Source of the DNA: an uncultured Pseudomonadota bacterium
Lineage (GTDB): Bacteria; Myxococcota_A; Polyangia; Fen-1088
Direction: 5' to 3'
DNA: 64,000 nt
Assembly (NCBI GenBank): GCA_963847705.1
Contig: CAWKBC010000027.1
Location: 608,001-672,000 of the forward strand
This document shows, piece after piece, positions 1-13,405 of the stretch. A model generated the notes under the pieces. That model was not told the origin of the DNA and searched no databases. It saw nothing but the letters and a program-made list of their open reading frames with translations. Positions within the stretch are counted from its first letter, which is position 1. The number at the start of each line of letters is the position of its first letter. The translations under genes were made by a program, and so were the position numbers.

Positions 1-228
1 GTCGGGCTGCTGGTGCCGCACCTGATCCGGCTGGTGGTGGGGTCGGCGCATCGCGCGCTCGTGCCGCTCAGCTTTCTGGGCGGCGGCCTGTTCTTGCTGA
101 TCGCCGACGTGGTGGCGCGGACCCTGCCTGCGCGGGAGATCCCGGTCGGTGTCGTCACCGCCGCGATCGGGGCGCCGGCGTTCCTGATCCTTCTGCTGCG
201 GCGGCGGACGGTGGGGGCGGTGTCGTGA
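1..228 (+). CDS. FecCD/BtuC-family ABC permease, C-terminal part (5' end outside window)
   Basis: [10 protein letters not shown]...L(L)IADVVART...[17 protein letters not shown] is the typical FecCD C-terminus; stop overlaps next start (GTGA). Confidence 0.9.
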   Translation, partial: VGLLVPHLIRLVVGSAHRALVPLSFLGGGLFLLIADVVARTLPAREIPVGVVTAAIGAPAFLILLLRRRTVGAVS

Positions 229-1046
229 CCGTGGTGGCCACCGCGCTGGTCGAGGCCGAAGCGGTCGGCTTCGCCTATGGCCGACAGGCGATCTTCGAAG
301 AGGTCGCGCTGGCGGTTCGCCCTGGCGAGCTGGTGGCGCTGTGTGGCCCGAACGGCGCGGGGAAATCGACGCTGCTGCGCCTCTTGCTGGGGCTGCACGC
401 GCCGTCGGCGGGGCAGGTGCGCCTCGGTGGCGAGCCGGTGGCCGGGCTGTCGCGCCGGCAGATCGCGCGCCGGGCGGCGCTGCTGCCGCAGGACGCGCCG
501 GTCGACCTGCCGCTCACCGTGCGTGAGGCGGTGGCGCTCGGCCGGCTGCCCCACCTCGAGCGCTTTCAGCCCGAGGGGGCGGCCGACGCCGAGGCGGTGG
601 AGCGGGCGCTGGAGGCGACCGACACCGCGGCGCTCGCGGCGCGGCCGGTCGCCGAGCTCTCCGGCGGCGAGCGGCAGCGCGTGCACCTGGCACGGGCTCT
701 GGCACAAGAGGCGCCGCTGCTGCTGCTCGACGAGCCGATCGCCGGTCTCGATCTCGCCCACCAGCTGCAGGCGCTCGATCTGCTGCGTGCCATCGTCGAC
801 GCCGGGCGCGGCGCGCTGGTGGCGCTGCACGACCTCTCGCTGGCCGCGCGTCGCTGCGATCGCATGATCCTGCTGGCCGGTGGAAGGATCCGCGCCGACG
901 ACGCACCCGCCGTGGTGCTGACGCCCGGGACGCTGGCCGAAGTCTTCGGCGTCCGGGCGGAGGTCCGGCTCGACGATGAGGGTCGCCCCTTCGTTTTGCC
1001 GCGCGAGCCACTCCGGGGCGCTCGGCCCGGGGACCGGGCCAGGTGA
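225..1046 (+). CDS. Iron-chelate/cobalamin ABC transporter ATP-binding protein (FecE/BtuD-like)
   Basis: Walker [16 protein letters not shown] signature, LLLLDEP, ALHDL. Confidence 0.92.
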   Translation: MTVVATALVEAEAVGFAYGRQAIFEEVALAVRPGELVALCGPNGAGKSTLLRLLLGLHAPSAGQVRLGGEPVAGLSRRQIARRAALLPQDAPVDLPLTVREAVALGRLPHLERFQPEGAADAEAVERALEATDTAALAARPVAELSGGERQRVHLARALAQEAPLLLLDEPIAGLDLAHQLQALDLLRAIVDAGRGALVALHDLSLAARRCDRMILLAGGRIRADDAPAVVLTPGTLAEVFGVRAEVRLDDEGRPFVLPREPLRGARPGDRAR

Positions 1047-3139
1047 GGCGCCTTCCTCGCGCGCCCACCCAGGCCACCGCGCTGGTGGCGCTGGTCCTGG
1101 CCGCGGCGCCAGCGCGCGCTCAAGAGCCGCCGTCGCCACGACCCCGGGACAGCACGACCGTCACCGCGCCGCTGACGGCGCCGGCGACGCCCCGCGAGGA
1201 CACCTCGGCGGCCGCATCGGTGGTCCTTCCCTCCGAGAGCCCGCGCGCGTACGACAATCTGGGGACGCTCCTGCTGGAGGTGCCGGGCGTGGTGGTGGCG
1301 CGCACCGGCTCGACGACGGAGCTGGCCAGCCTGGCCCTGCGCGGCTCGAACCCGGACGAGGTCCTGATCTACGTGGATGGTGTGCCGCTCAACATCGCGG
1401 AGGGCGGGGGTGTCGACATCTCGACCCTGCCTCTGGGCGACGTCGAGCGGGTCGAGGTCTACCGGGGAACGACGCCGCTGGCCTTCGGCGAGGCGGCCCT
1501 GGGCGGCGTCGTGTCGATCACCACCCGCACCCCGGGAGTGCCGCGCCTCCAGGCGCGTGCCGCCGTCGGCTCGTTCGGGACGAGCTTCGGCGACCTCTCG
1601 GCAGGGGGCCGCGTTGGCCGCCTGCGGTTCTATCTGGGCGCGCATGTCTATTCGTCGGAGGGCGACTACCCGTTCGTTTACGCGCCGCGGCCGGCCTTCC
1701 CCGCCGACGAGGTGCGCGCCCTTCGTCAGAACAACGACGCGCTGGAGGGGAACGGCGTGTTGCGCTTGGCCCTCACTTTGAAGGGGCGCCGAACCTTGAG
1801 CTTGGGGCTGATCGGCTTCGGGCGGGACCAGGGGCTGCCGGGGCTCCTCACCCCGGTGAACGCGTCCACCACGGCGCGGTTTCACAGCGGTCGTGGTCTC
1901 GGATACCTGCGCTACGAATCGCGCGACGATCTCGGTCCCGGGGGACGGCTGTCGGCGCAGGCCTTCGTCAGCGTCGAACGCGATCGGGTGATCGATCCCG
2001 CTGGCGACCTGGGGCAGGGCAACCCCCTCGTGGCGCACGAAACGACCGTCTCCGCGGGCGTGACGGCGTATGCCACGCGGCCGCTGGGCGAGTGGGGACG
2101 CGCCACCGCCATCCTCGAGGGGCGAGATGAGACCTACACGCCGGACAACGAGCTCGACCCGACGATGTCGGGCGCCCCGGCCCGGCGGCTGGTTGGAGTC
2201 GCCGGCGGGGAGCTCGACCTGCGCTGGCGCCGTCTGGACCTTCACGTCATTCCCTCGGCCCGTGTCGAGCTGATGAGCGACGTCGTCACCGGAGTGGACA
2301 CCAACGGCTTCCTGGTCCCGCCCGGGCCGGCTGTCTTTCGCGCGCTTCCGATCTATCGCCTGGGGTTGGTCCGTCCGCTGAACGACAGCGCGACCTTCAA
2401 GGGGAACGTCGGCCGTTACGAACGGGCGCCGTCCTTCCTCGAGCTCTACGGCAACGGGAACGATCGTCTCCTGGGAGATCCCGGCCTGCTGCCCGAGCGG
2501 GGGACCAACGCCGATCTCGCGCTATGGCTCGACCGCGCGGGCCCAGCCGGGGCGCTGCTCAGTCGCACCACCGTCTTCGGCGCCCTGACGGACGATCTCA
2601 TCTACTGGCTGCGCAGCTCGGGCGGTCCTTCGCGCGCCGAGAACCTGACCAGGGCGCGCATCTACGGCCTCGAGCAGGAGCTGCGCGCCACGCTCGGTCG
2701 CCACCTGCGCTTCGTCGGGCAGGGGACGATCACGGTGGCGGAAGACCAGAGCGACCTGGCCGCCTCGCACGGCAAGCAGATCGCCTACTACCCGCGCTAT
2801 CTGGCCTACGGCCGCCCCGAGTTGACGCAGGTCCCGCTTCCTGCGGGCCTCGACCTCGGCGCCTATGTCGACGCGGCGCTGTTCGCCGGCGCTTACGCCG
2901 ATTCCGACAACGTGAGACCCGTTCCGGCGCAACTGTTGCTCGGGGCAGGGCTCAGCCTGCTGTGGCCGCGCGGCCGCCTCCGGGCCACGCTCAGCGCGCT
3001 CAACCTGGGCGACCTGCAGACCACCTGGGTCGTCGGCGGCTGGCCGCTTCCAGGGCGCACGCTGTTCTTGGCGCTCGCCTACGACGGGGCGGCGCCCGGC
3101 GAGCTCGGCGCTCAATCCCTGTCGCTGGGGAATCCGTAG
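1043..3139 (+). CDS. TonB-dependent receptor, probably corrinoid (BtuB-like)
   Basis: Signal peptide; plug motifs LRGS..VLIYVDGVPLN and VERVEVYRG...G.AALGGVVSITT; RAPSFLELY, L.PE; C-terminal PGRTLFLALAY. Confidence 0.88.
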   Translation: MRRLPRAPTQATALVALVLAAAPARAQEPPSPRPRDSTTVTAPLTAPATPREDTSAAASVVLPSESPRAYDNLGTLLLEVPGVVVARTGSTTELASLALRGSNPDEVLIYVDGVPLNIAEGGGVDISTLPLGDVERVEVYRGTTPLAFGEAALGGVVSITTRTPGVPRLQARAAVGSFGTSFGDLSAGGRVGRLRFYLGAHVYSSEGDYPFVYAPRPAFPADEVRALRQNNDALEGNGVLRLALTLKGRRTLSLGLIGFGRDQGLPGLLTPVNASTTARFHSGRGLGYLRYESRDDLGPGGRLSAQAFVSVERDRVIDPAGDLGQGNPLVAHETTVSAGVTAYATRPLGEWGRATAILEGRDETYTPDNELDPTMSGAPARRLVGVAGGELDLRWRRLDLHVIPSARVELMSDVVTGVDTNGFLVPPGPAVFRALPIYRLGLVRPLNDSATFKGNVGRYERAPSFLELYGNGNDRLLGDPGLLPERGTNADLALWLDRAGPAGALLSRTTVFGALTDDLIYWLRSSGGPSRAENLTRARIYGLEQELRATLGRHLRFVGQGTITVAEDQSDLAASHGKQIAYYPRYLAYGRPELTQVPLPAGLDLGAYVDAALFAGAYADSDNVRPVPAQLLLGAGLSLLWPRGRLRATLSALNLGDLQTTWVVGGWPLPGRTLFLALAYDGAAPGELGAQSLSLGNP

Positions 3140-3148
3140 GAGGACGAG

Positions 3149-4462
3149 ATGCGAGGTTCATGCTGGCTTGGTTTCACCATTCTGGCCACCCTGCTGGCCG
3201 GCCTGACCGCGGGCTGTTCGGACGCCTCCCAGACGGGGCGGCCGCGCGTCGATGCCGCGCCTGACGCGGGCGAAGATGGGGCGGCGGGTCCGGACGGCGA
3301 CGCCGGCGCGGCCGTGCTGGCGCCGCCGCCAGGCAGCGGCCTGGCGTCCGTCAACAACGACACCGGCTTTCAGGCCACCAGCGTCTCGATCCTCGATCCG
3401 AGCGGCGGCGTCCTTCGCCCCGACTGCATCGACTCGAACCCGCCGAACGGCGGCGTCATCCCGCTGATCTCCACGGACGTCGTGCTGCCGTCACAGCCAC
3501 AGCGGGGAGGCAACCTCGTCCTCGTCGATCGGGGGAACGGCCTGCTGACCACCGTTGATCCCGGGACGTGCCAGGTGGTGGAGCAGATCATCGTGCCGGG
3601 GGCGGGAGGGGTGAAGACCAACCCGCACGATCTGGTGACCATCGCCGCTCACAAGGCGTACGTGACGCGCTATCAGCCGAACACCACGGCGACCGACCCC
3701 GCGCAGATGGGAAATGACGTCGCCGTGATCGACCCGACGACCGGAGCGTTCGTCTCGCGCATCGACGTCGACGCTTACGCCTCGACGGTGGCCGGAACGA
3801 CCATCCTGGCGCGCCCCGATCGCGCGCTCATCGCGGGCGGGAAGATCGTCGTCTCGCTCAACGAGGTCGACGCCAGCTACAAGACCTACGGCGATGGCAT
3901 GGTCATCGTGATTGATCCGGCGACCGATACCGTCGTCGCCAGCGTCACGCTGACGGGCCTCAACGACTGTGAAGGGATGGACTACGTCGCCGCAACCCAG
4001 ACGCTGCTGGTGGCCTGCGGAGGGACCTACCTGGCGGCCAACCAGGCCCTGCAATCTGGAATCGCCGTCGTCGATCTGGGCGCCTCTCCGCCTTCGGTCA
4101 CCAACACCATCACGGGAATGGCGTTCGGCGATGAGCCGGTCAACTTCTCCTGGGTCCTGGCGGCGCCGCCCGCGGGCGGAGGGACGCGCGCCTTCGCCGG
4201 GACCAACGATCCCAACCTGGTGGCCCCCGACGTGCTGTTCTCGTTCGACTACCTGCTCGGGACGACGACCCAGGTGACGACCTCGAGTCCGTATTCGATC
4301 GGCCCCTCGGCCGCCACGAGCTCGCTCCTGTTCGTCCCCGAGTTCCTGGGCAGCACCCCGAAGATCCAGCTCTTCGATATCACGGGCACGCCGCAGGCGA
4401 CCACCGCGTTCGCGCCCGACACCGTCAACAACCTCTCGCCGGTGCAGATCGGGTGGTATTGA
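3149..4462 (+). CDS. Lipoprotein with probable beta-propeller (YncE/BtuG-like)
   Basis: Lipobox LTAG-C; repeated V.VIDP.T..V strands, NPHD..KAYVTRY; SD GGAGGA upstream. Confidence 0.7.
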   Translation: MRGSCWLGFTILATLLAGLTAGCSDASQTGRPRVDAAPDAGEDGAAGPDGDAGAAVLAPPPGSGLASVNNDTGFQATSVSILDPSGGVLRPDCIDSNPPNGGVIPLISTDVVLPSQPQRGGNLVLVDRGNGLLTTVDPGTCQVVEQIIVPGAGGVKTNPHDLVTIAAHKAYVTRYQPNTTATDPAQMGNDVAVIDPTTGAFVSRIDVDAYASTVAGTTILARPDRALIAGGKIVVSLNEVDASYKTYGDGMVIVIDPATDTVVASVTLTGLNDCEGMDYVAATQTLLVACGGTYLAANQALQSGIAVVDLGASPPSVTNTITGMAFGDEPVNFSWVLAAPPAGGGTRAFAGTNDPNLVAPDVLFSFDYLLGTTTQVTTSSPYSIGPSAATSSLLFVPEFLGSTPKIQLFDITGTPQATTAFAPDTVNNLSPVQIGWY

Positions 4463-5472
4463 GCGCGTCTGCGAAGAACGCCTCGGCGACGGCCGAGCGC
4501 GGCCGGCGGTTGGCGCTCGCGGCCTGCGTCGGCGCGCCGCTGCTGGCCGCCGCCGCGCTGGCGGGGCGGCGCGTGCGCGCGTCGCTGGTCGGCGTCGGCG
4601 CGCTGGCGGACGGTCGGATCGATGCTCCGGGCGACGGCGCTTTCCCGCGGATCTTGCACGGCCCGGCCGGCGAGACCTGGACGCTCTCCCGCCCGCCGCG
4701 CCGGATCGTCTCCACCTACCTCGCCGCCGACGAGATCCTGGCGGCGCTGGTCTCTGCCGATCGCCTGGCCGCCGTCTCGACCTTCGCCGACGATCCGGCG
4801 ATCTCCAGCGTGGCGGGCTTTTATCCCCGGACGCTGCCGCGCGTGCGCGGCGAGGTGGAGGCGATCCTGGCGCTGGAGCCGGATCTCATCTGCGTCGCCG
4901 GCTACTCCGACGCGGACGCGATGCGGCTGGCGGTCGGCGCGGGGCTGCCGATCCTGCGCTGGTCGCGGTTCGAGACCTTCGCCGAGGTCCTGGAGAACGT
5001 TCGAACGATCGGCGCGGCGGTGGGCGCGGACGCCCGGGCGAAGGCGGTCGCGGAGGAGGCCGAGGCCAAGCTGGCGGCGCTGGCGGTTCGCCTGGCCGGC
5101 GTGGCGCGGGTCCGCGTCCTCTACCTCGATCTCCCCAACTTCACCGCCGGGCGCGACACGTTGATCGACGAGATGCTGACCCGCGCCGGCGGCCTCAACG
5201 TCGCGGCGGCGGCCGGGATCGCCGGTGCCGGACAGATCGCCGTCGAGTCGGCGCTGGCGCTCGACGCCGAGGCGATCGTGGTGGCCACGGCGCCCGGCGG
5301 GCGGCCGCCGCTGGAGGTGCTGCGCGCGACGCCGCTCTGGCGGGAGATGCCGGCCGTGCGGGCGGGGCGCGTCTTGTCGATCCCCGCCGCGCTCCCCGGC
5401 GACGTCTCGCAGCGCGCTGCCGACGCGCCCGGCGCCATCGCCCGCCAGCTTCATCCAGAACGCTGGCCGTGA
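4453..5472 (+). CDS. Periplasmic binding protein (BtuF/FepB class III); exact start uncertain
   Basis: PPRRIVST...DEILAAL, EAILALEPDL, T.IDEMLTRAGG.N, W..MPAVRAGRV. Confidence 0.85.
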   Translation: MVLSASAKNASATAERGRRLALAACVGAPLLAAAALAGRRVRASLVGVGALADGRIDAPGDGAFPRILHGPAGETWTLSRPPRRIVSTYLAADEILAALVSADRLAAVSTFADDPAISSVAGFYPRTLPRVRGEVEAILALEPDLICVAGYSDADAMRLAVGAGLPILRWSRFETFAEVLENVRTIGAAVGADARAKAVAEEAEAKLAALAVRLAGVARVRVLYLDLPNFTAGRDTLIDEMLTRAGGLNVAAAAGIAGAGQIAVESALALDAEAIVVATAPGGRPPLEVLRATPLWREMPAVRAGRVLSIPAALPGDVSQRAADAPGAIARQLHPERWP

Positions 5473-5502
5473 GGCGGCGGGCCGACGCCGCGCGCGGGCG
5501 GC

Positions 5503-9410
<3,908 letters not shown>

Positions 9411-9411
<1 letters not shown>

Positions 9412-10364
9412 CAGCTGGGTTTCCTCGTCGTCCGGTTGCCGGGTTTGTCCGCGATGGCGCGAACGACCTGAAGGTGCGGCTTTTTGAGCTCGCGCGAGAC
9501 CACCTCGGACGAGGTGACGTCGAGTCCCGCCCGGGTGAGCAGGCCCCGCACGGTGCGCGGCGAAAATCCGGGGTGGCGCTCGCCGTAGCGGGCGGTGACC
9601 TCCGACTGGCGGTGCTCGTCGAGGCAGAGGAGCACGAAGCGGCCGCCCGGTCGCAGGACACGGGCGCACTCGGAGAGGGCGCGGGCCGGATGCTCGGCGT
9701 AGGTCAACGTGTGAAACATGATGGCCGAATCGAACGAGCCGTCACGAAAGGGGAGCGCATGGACGTCGGCCACCTGGGCGCGAACGTTGCCATGTCCTTG
9801 CCGGCCGAGCCGCTCCCGCGCGGCGCCGATCAGCCGCTCGTTGGTGTCGATGCAGGTGAGCGAGCGGCAGAAGGGGACGAGGACGCTGGCGGCGGCGCCG
9901 TCGCCGGAACCGACGTCGAGCACGTCGCCGAGCTGCAGCAGCGGCGCGATCCCGGCGGTGAGCGACTGCCAGGTGCGGCCGGGCGAGTAGTCACGGTCGA
10001 GCTCGTCGACCAGGCGCTGGGGCACCTCGTCCCGGCGCTCGGCCTCCAGCTCCCGCAGGCGCTTCTGGTCCCCCTCGAGCGTCGGATCGCCCGAGCTGGC
10101 GGCCTCGTCGAGGCAGGCCCGCACCGCGGCCGGACACCCGTTGGCCGCCAGGGCATAGAACGACTGCGCCCCTTTTCGGCGGTCAACCACGAACCCCGCC
10201 TCGCGCAGACGCCCGAGGTGGGTCGAGACGCGCGACTGCGCCATGCCGGTGACGCGGACCAGATCGGTCACGCAGAGCTCCCGATCCCGCAGGAGCGCAC
10301 AGAGCCGGATCCGGTTCTCGTCACCGAGCAGGGTCAGCGTGTCGACGTAGTGGGAGAGGCTCAT
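9411..10364 (-). CDS. sahR: ArsR-family regulator fused to a SAM-binding methyltransferase domain (SahR/SamR type)
   Basis: N-terminal ArsR HTH (R.RL..LL..ELCV.DL...[12 protein letters not shown]); C-terminal VLDVGSGDG; translationally coupled to metH. Confidence 0.8.
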
Positions 10365-10400
10365 TCAACCGGCCGGGTGTGGGAGGAGACGGTAATCCTT

Positions 10401-10442
10401 ATATCCAGATAGATAGATACCCGAGGAAGTCGGGTCCGTCAA
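10401..10442 (-). promoter_or_regulatory. Putative sigma70 promoter (TTGACG-N17-TATCTA) overlapped by a 20-bp SahR-like operator at 10401-10420
   Basis: ATATC-CAGATAGATA-GATAC imperfect palindrome in an AT-rich patch 37-56 nt upstream of sahR; -35 at 10442-10437. Confidence 0.6.
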
Positions 10443-10481
10443 CCGGGGGACGGACGGCCCTGGCCCATAATGGGCGGCGGG

Positions 10482-11159
10482 ATGGAAGAGATGGAGGTCC
10501 TGTTCGTCGACGCGCACCTCGTCGTCGTCAACAAGCCGTCGGGGCTGCTGGTGCACCGAGGGTGGGCCAACGACGACGACGTGGCGATGTTTCGTGTCCG
10601 CGACCTGCTCGGCGCGCACGTCTATCCGGTCCACCGCCTCGACCGGGGCACCAGCGGCGCCCTGGTCTTCGCGCGCACGCGCGAGTCGGCGGCTTCCCTC
10701 AGCGCGCGCTTCGAGTCGCGGCAGGTCGACAAGCGCTACCTGGCGCTGGTGCGGGGCGAGCCCGCTGCCTCCGGCACCATCGACCACCCGATCCCCAGGA
10801 GCGTCGACGAGAGCGCCGGCGCCCCCCGCGTCCCCGCGGTGACGCACTACCAGCTGGTCGCCCGCTCGACCGTCGACCGCTGCTCGCTGGTGCTGGCGAT
10901 CCCGGAGACCGGGCGCGTCCATCAGGTGCGGCGGCACCTGCGCCACCTCGGCCACCCGCTGGTGGGCGACGTCAACTACGGCCGCGGCGAGATCAACCGC
11001 CGCTACCGCGCCGAGTACGGCCTCCACCGGTTGGCGCTCCACGCGCTGGACCTCGCCTTCGATCACCCGGTCACCGGGGCGCGGGTGGCGGTCAGGGCCG
11101 CCATGCCGGACGATCTGGGTCTCGCGCTGGAGCGGCTCGCGCTGCCACGCTCCGTCTAG
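10482..11159 (+). CDS. truC: RluA/TruC-family pseudouridine synthase
   Basis: VVNKPSGLLVHR, catalytic HRLDRGTSG, TGRVHQVRRH, LALHA; alternative start 10470. Confidence 0.8.
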   Translation: MEEMEVLFVDAHLVVVNKPSGLLVHRGWANDDDVAMFRVRDLLGAHVYPVHRLDRGTSGALVFARTRESAASLSARFESRQVDKRYLALVRGEPAASGTIDHPIPRSVDESAGAPRVPAVTHYQLVARSTVDRCSLVLAIPETGRVHQVRRHLRHLGHPLVGDVNYGRGEINRRYRAEYGLHRLALHALDLAFDHPVTGARVAVRAAMPDDLGLALERLALPRSV

Positions 11160-11175
11160 GCCGCCGATCGGGCGG

Positions 11176-11230
11176 CACGTCGTCGGGCATGGTTCGCTTC
11201 GCTCACCGTCGCCTTTCGGCGACGCCCTCC
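11176..11230. repeat. Dispersed ~55-bp hairpin repeat, copy 1
   Basis: CACGTCGTCGGGCATGGTTCGCTTCGCTCACCGTCGCCTTTCGGCGACGCCCTCC, near identical to 57157-57210. Confidence 0.85.
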
Positions 11231-11245
11231 CAGGTCGCAGCCCCC

Positions 11246-11809
11246 TTACACCAGATAGAGGCCAAAGATCACGTAGCCGATCCCGATCGCGCCCACCACG
11301 CCGGAGGCGGCCCAGAGCGCCTTGCGCTTGGTGAGCAGACAGACCGAGGCCAGCGCGATGGAGATCTGCAGCAGGGTGATGCCGAGGCCCATCGGCGGGC
11401 CGTGCTTGGCGAAGCCATCGCGCAGCTCCTCGAGGTGCTCGGCCTTGGCCTGAGCCACCTTCTGATCGTTCTTGTAGCGGGCCACATCTTCGGCCGCCAT
11501 CGTGGCCGCGGGGCCGGTGGCGCTGCGGGCCTCCATCTCGGCGATCCGTTGCTTGATGCTCTTGGCCTGGTAGTAGGCCCATTGATCCGAGGCCAGCCCC
11601 TGATTCAGCACGACCTTGGTGCTGAACCCGCCCGCCTTGAGCGACCCGATGCCGGTGGCCACCGCCAGGACCACCACCATCAACGAGACGTACTTGGTCC
11701 AGCTCTCGCGCCGCTCCTTCTCCTTGCCCGAGCGCCGCTCCTCGGCGATCGAGCGGATCAGCTCCTGAATGTCGTTGGTTTGGTTGATCTCTTGGGCGGT
11801 GGGGCTCAT
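11246..11809 (-). CDS. DUF4337-like membrane protein
   Basis: ASDQWAYYQAKSIKQ motif, LLQISIALASVCLLT; ATG overlaps yacG stop. Confidence 0.75.
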   Translation of the reverse strand: MSPTAQEINQTNDIQELIRSIAEERRSGKEKERRESWTKYVSLMVVVLAVATGIGSLKAGGFSTKVVLNQGLASDQWAYYQAKSIKQRIAEMEARSATGPAATMAAEDVARYKNDQKVAQAKAEHLEELRDGFAKHGPPMGLGITLLQISIALASVCLLTKRKALWAASGVVGAIGIGYVIFGLYLV

Positions 11810-12009
11810 TGATCCTTCTCGGGGTTTCCCTCGGTGGGGAGGCCCTGGTCGAGGTCTTCTTCGGAGGCCGGCGACTCGATCTTGAAGCCGCCGTCCAGCC
11901 ACTTGCCGAGGTCGGCCAGGCGGCAGCGACTGGAACAGAACGGACGGAACGGCCGGGCTTCAGCCGAATCGGCGAGCGCTTTGCGGCAGGTGGGACATCT
12001 CGGTTTCAC
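11806..12009 (-). CDS. yacG: DNA gyrase inhibitor YacG
   Basis: CPTC...RPFCSSRCRLADLGKW zinc-finger; GTG start chosen. Confidence 0.9.
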   Translation of the reverse strand: MKPRCPTCRKALADSAEARPFRPFCSSRCRLADLGKWLDGGFKIESPASEEDLDQGLPTEGNPEKDQ

Positions 12010-12074
12010 GCGCAGAAGATAGGACGATCGGCGCGGTCTTGCCAACGGGGCAAAGAGCGAAAACCCTTCGGAAA

Positions 12075-12104
12075 TTGACGGAAGTTATTCGGAACTTGTA
12101 CGAT
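12075..12104 (+). promoter_or_regulatory. Putative sigma70 promoter TTGACG-N18-TACGAT
   Basis: Near-consensus hexamers in AT-rich intergenic DNA upstream of the MFS gene. Confidence 0.45.
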
Positions 12105-12123
12105 TACCGGTAAGAATCGGAGC

Positions 12124-13371
12124 GTGGGCCAGCAACCGGAGCGCGCCGATCCCGACTCGGTACGGCGCCCGATCACGCGGGCTCAGCTCACGTTGCAGGG
12201 GCTGCGCAGATTGCCGCGCGTGGTGTGGCTGCTGGGCCTGGCCAGCCTCCTCAACGACGTCTCCAGCGAGGCGATCTTTCCGCTGCTGCCGACGTTCCTG
12301 GCGACGCTCGGTGCGCCGATGAGCTTCCTCGGCCTCATCGAGGGGAGCGCCGACGCGCTGGCCAGCCTGATCAAGATGGCGTCCGGCAAGCTCTCCGACC
12401 GCGGGCCGCGCCGCACGCTGGTGGCCAGCGGCTACGCGATGCCGGCGATCGCCAGGGCCTTGATCGCCGCCGCGATGGCCCCCTGGCAGGTGCTGGGGGC
12501 GCGCCTCTTCGATCGCACCGGCAAGGGAATCCGCTCGGGCCCGCGCGACGCGCTCATCGCCGATTCGGTCGCCCCCTCGCAGCGCGGGCGCGCCTTCGGC
12601 CTCAACCGATCGATGGATCACTTTGGCGCGGCGCTGGGGCCGGTCATCGCCTGGGCGCTCCTCTCGATGGGGGCCAGCCTGCGGACCACGTTCGCGGTGG
12701 CGTCGGTGTTCGGCCTGCTGGCGCCGGCGGTGCTCTTCTTCCGGCTGCGCGAGACCGAGCAGCTCCCCGATCGCAGCGGCCCGCTCGACACGCGGCCCCG
12801 CGGCGGCATGCTGCGCCCCGGGTTCGCGGCCTACATGGTCGCCTGCGTGCTGTTCGCCTTCGGAAACTCCTCGGACGCCTTCCTGTTGGTGCGCGCCCGC
12901 GAGGTCGGCTGGTCGGCCACCATGCTGCCGCTCCTCTGGACCTTCCACCACCTGGTGAAGTCGATGGCCGCGCTGCCGGGCGGCGCGCTGTCGGATCGGC
13001 ATTCGCGCGCGGTGGTCGTCGCCGCCGGCTGGGCAGCCTACGCGCTCACCTACGTCGGGTTCGGGTTCGCCAGCGCGCGGTGGCAGATCGTGGTGCTGTT
13101 CCTGGCTTACGCGCTCTACCACGGCCTCGCCGAGGGGGCCGAGCGGGCGATCGTCGCCGATCTCGCCGAGCGCGGCGCGCGCGGGCGCGCCTTCGGTCTT
13201 TACCACGGCCTCACCGGCGTGGCGGCGCTGCCGGCCGGGCTCGCCACCGGCTGGATCTGGGACCGCTGCGGCGCCGCCTGGGCGCTGGGGATCAACGCCA
13301 GCTGCGCCGCGCTGGGCGCCATCTTCCTGTTCGCGCTCAGCTTCGCCGGGCCGCTGCGCCGCGCGCAGTAG
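12124..13371 (+). CDS. MFS transporter
   Basis: About 12 hydrophobic segments; G.LSDR motifs in both halves; DRTGKGIRSGPRDALIAD. Confidence 0.9.
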   Translation: MGQQPERADPDSVRRPITRAQLTLQGLRRLPRVVWLLGLASLLNDVSSEAIFPLLPTFLATLGAPMSFLGLIEGSADALASLIKMASGKLSDRGPRRTLVASGYAMPAIARALIAAAMAPWQVLGARLFDRTGKGIRSGPRDALIADSVAPSQRGRAFGLNRSMDHFGAALGPVIAWALLSMGASLRTTFAVASVFGLLAPAVLFFRLRETEQLPDRSGPLDTRPRGGMLRPGFAAYMVACVLFAFGNSSDAFLLVRAREVGWSATMLPLLWTFHHLVKSMAALPGGALSDRHSRAVVVAAGWAAYALTYVGFGFASARWQIVVLFLAYALYHGLAEGAERAIVADLAERGARGRAFGLYHGLTGVAALPAGLATGWIWDRCGAAWALGINASCAALGAIFLFALSFAGPLRRAQ

Positions 13372-13405
13372 GCGACAGGCCACGGCGCCGCTCGCCGCCC
13401 GAGCC

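Noticed and set aside
10365-10480. SAM or cobalamin riboswitch upstream of sahR-metH
   Set aside because: The spacer is short and lacks recognisable conserved cores; a protein operator explains it better
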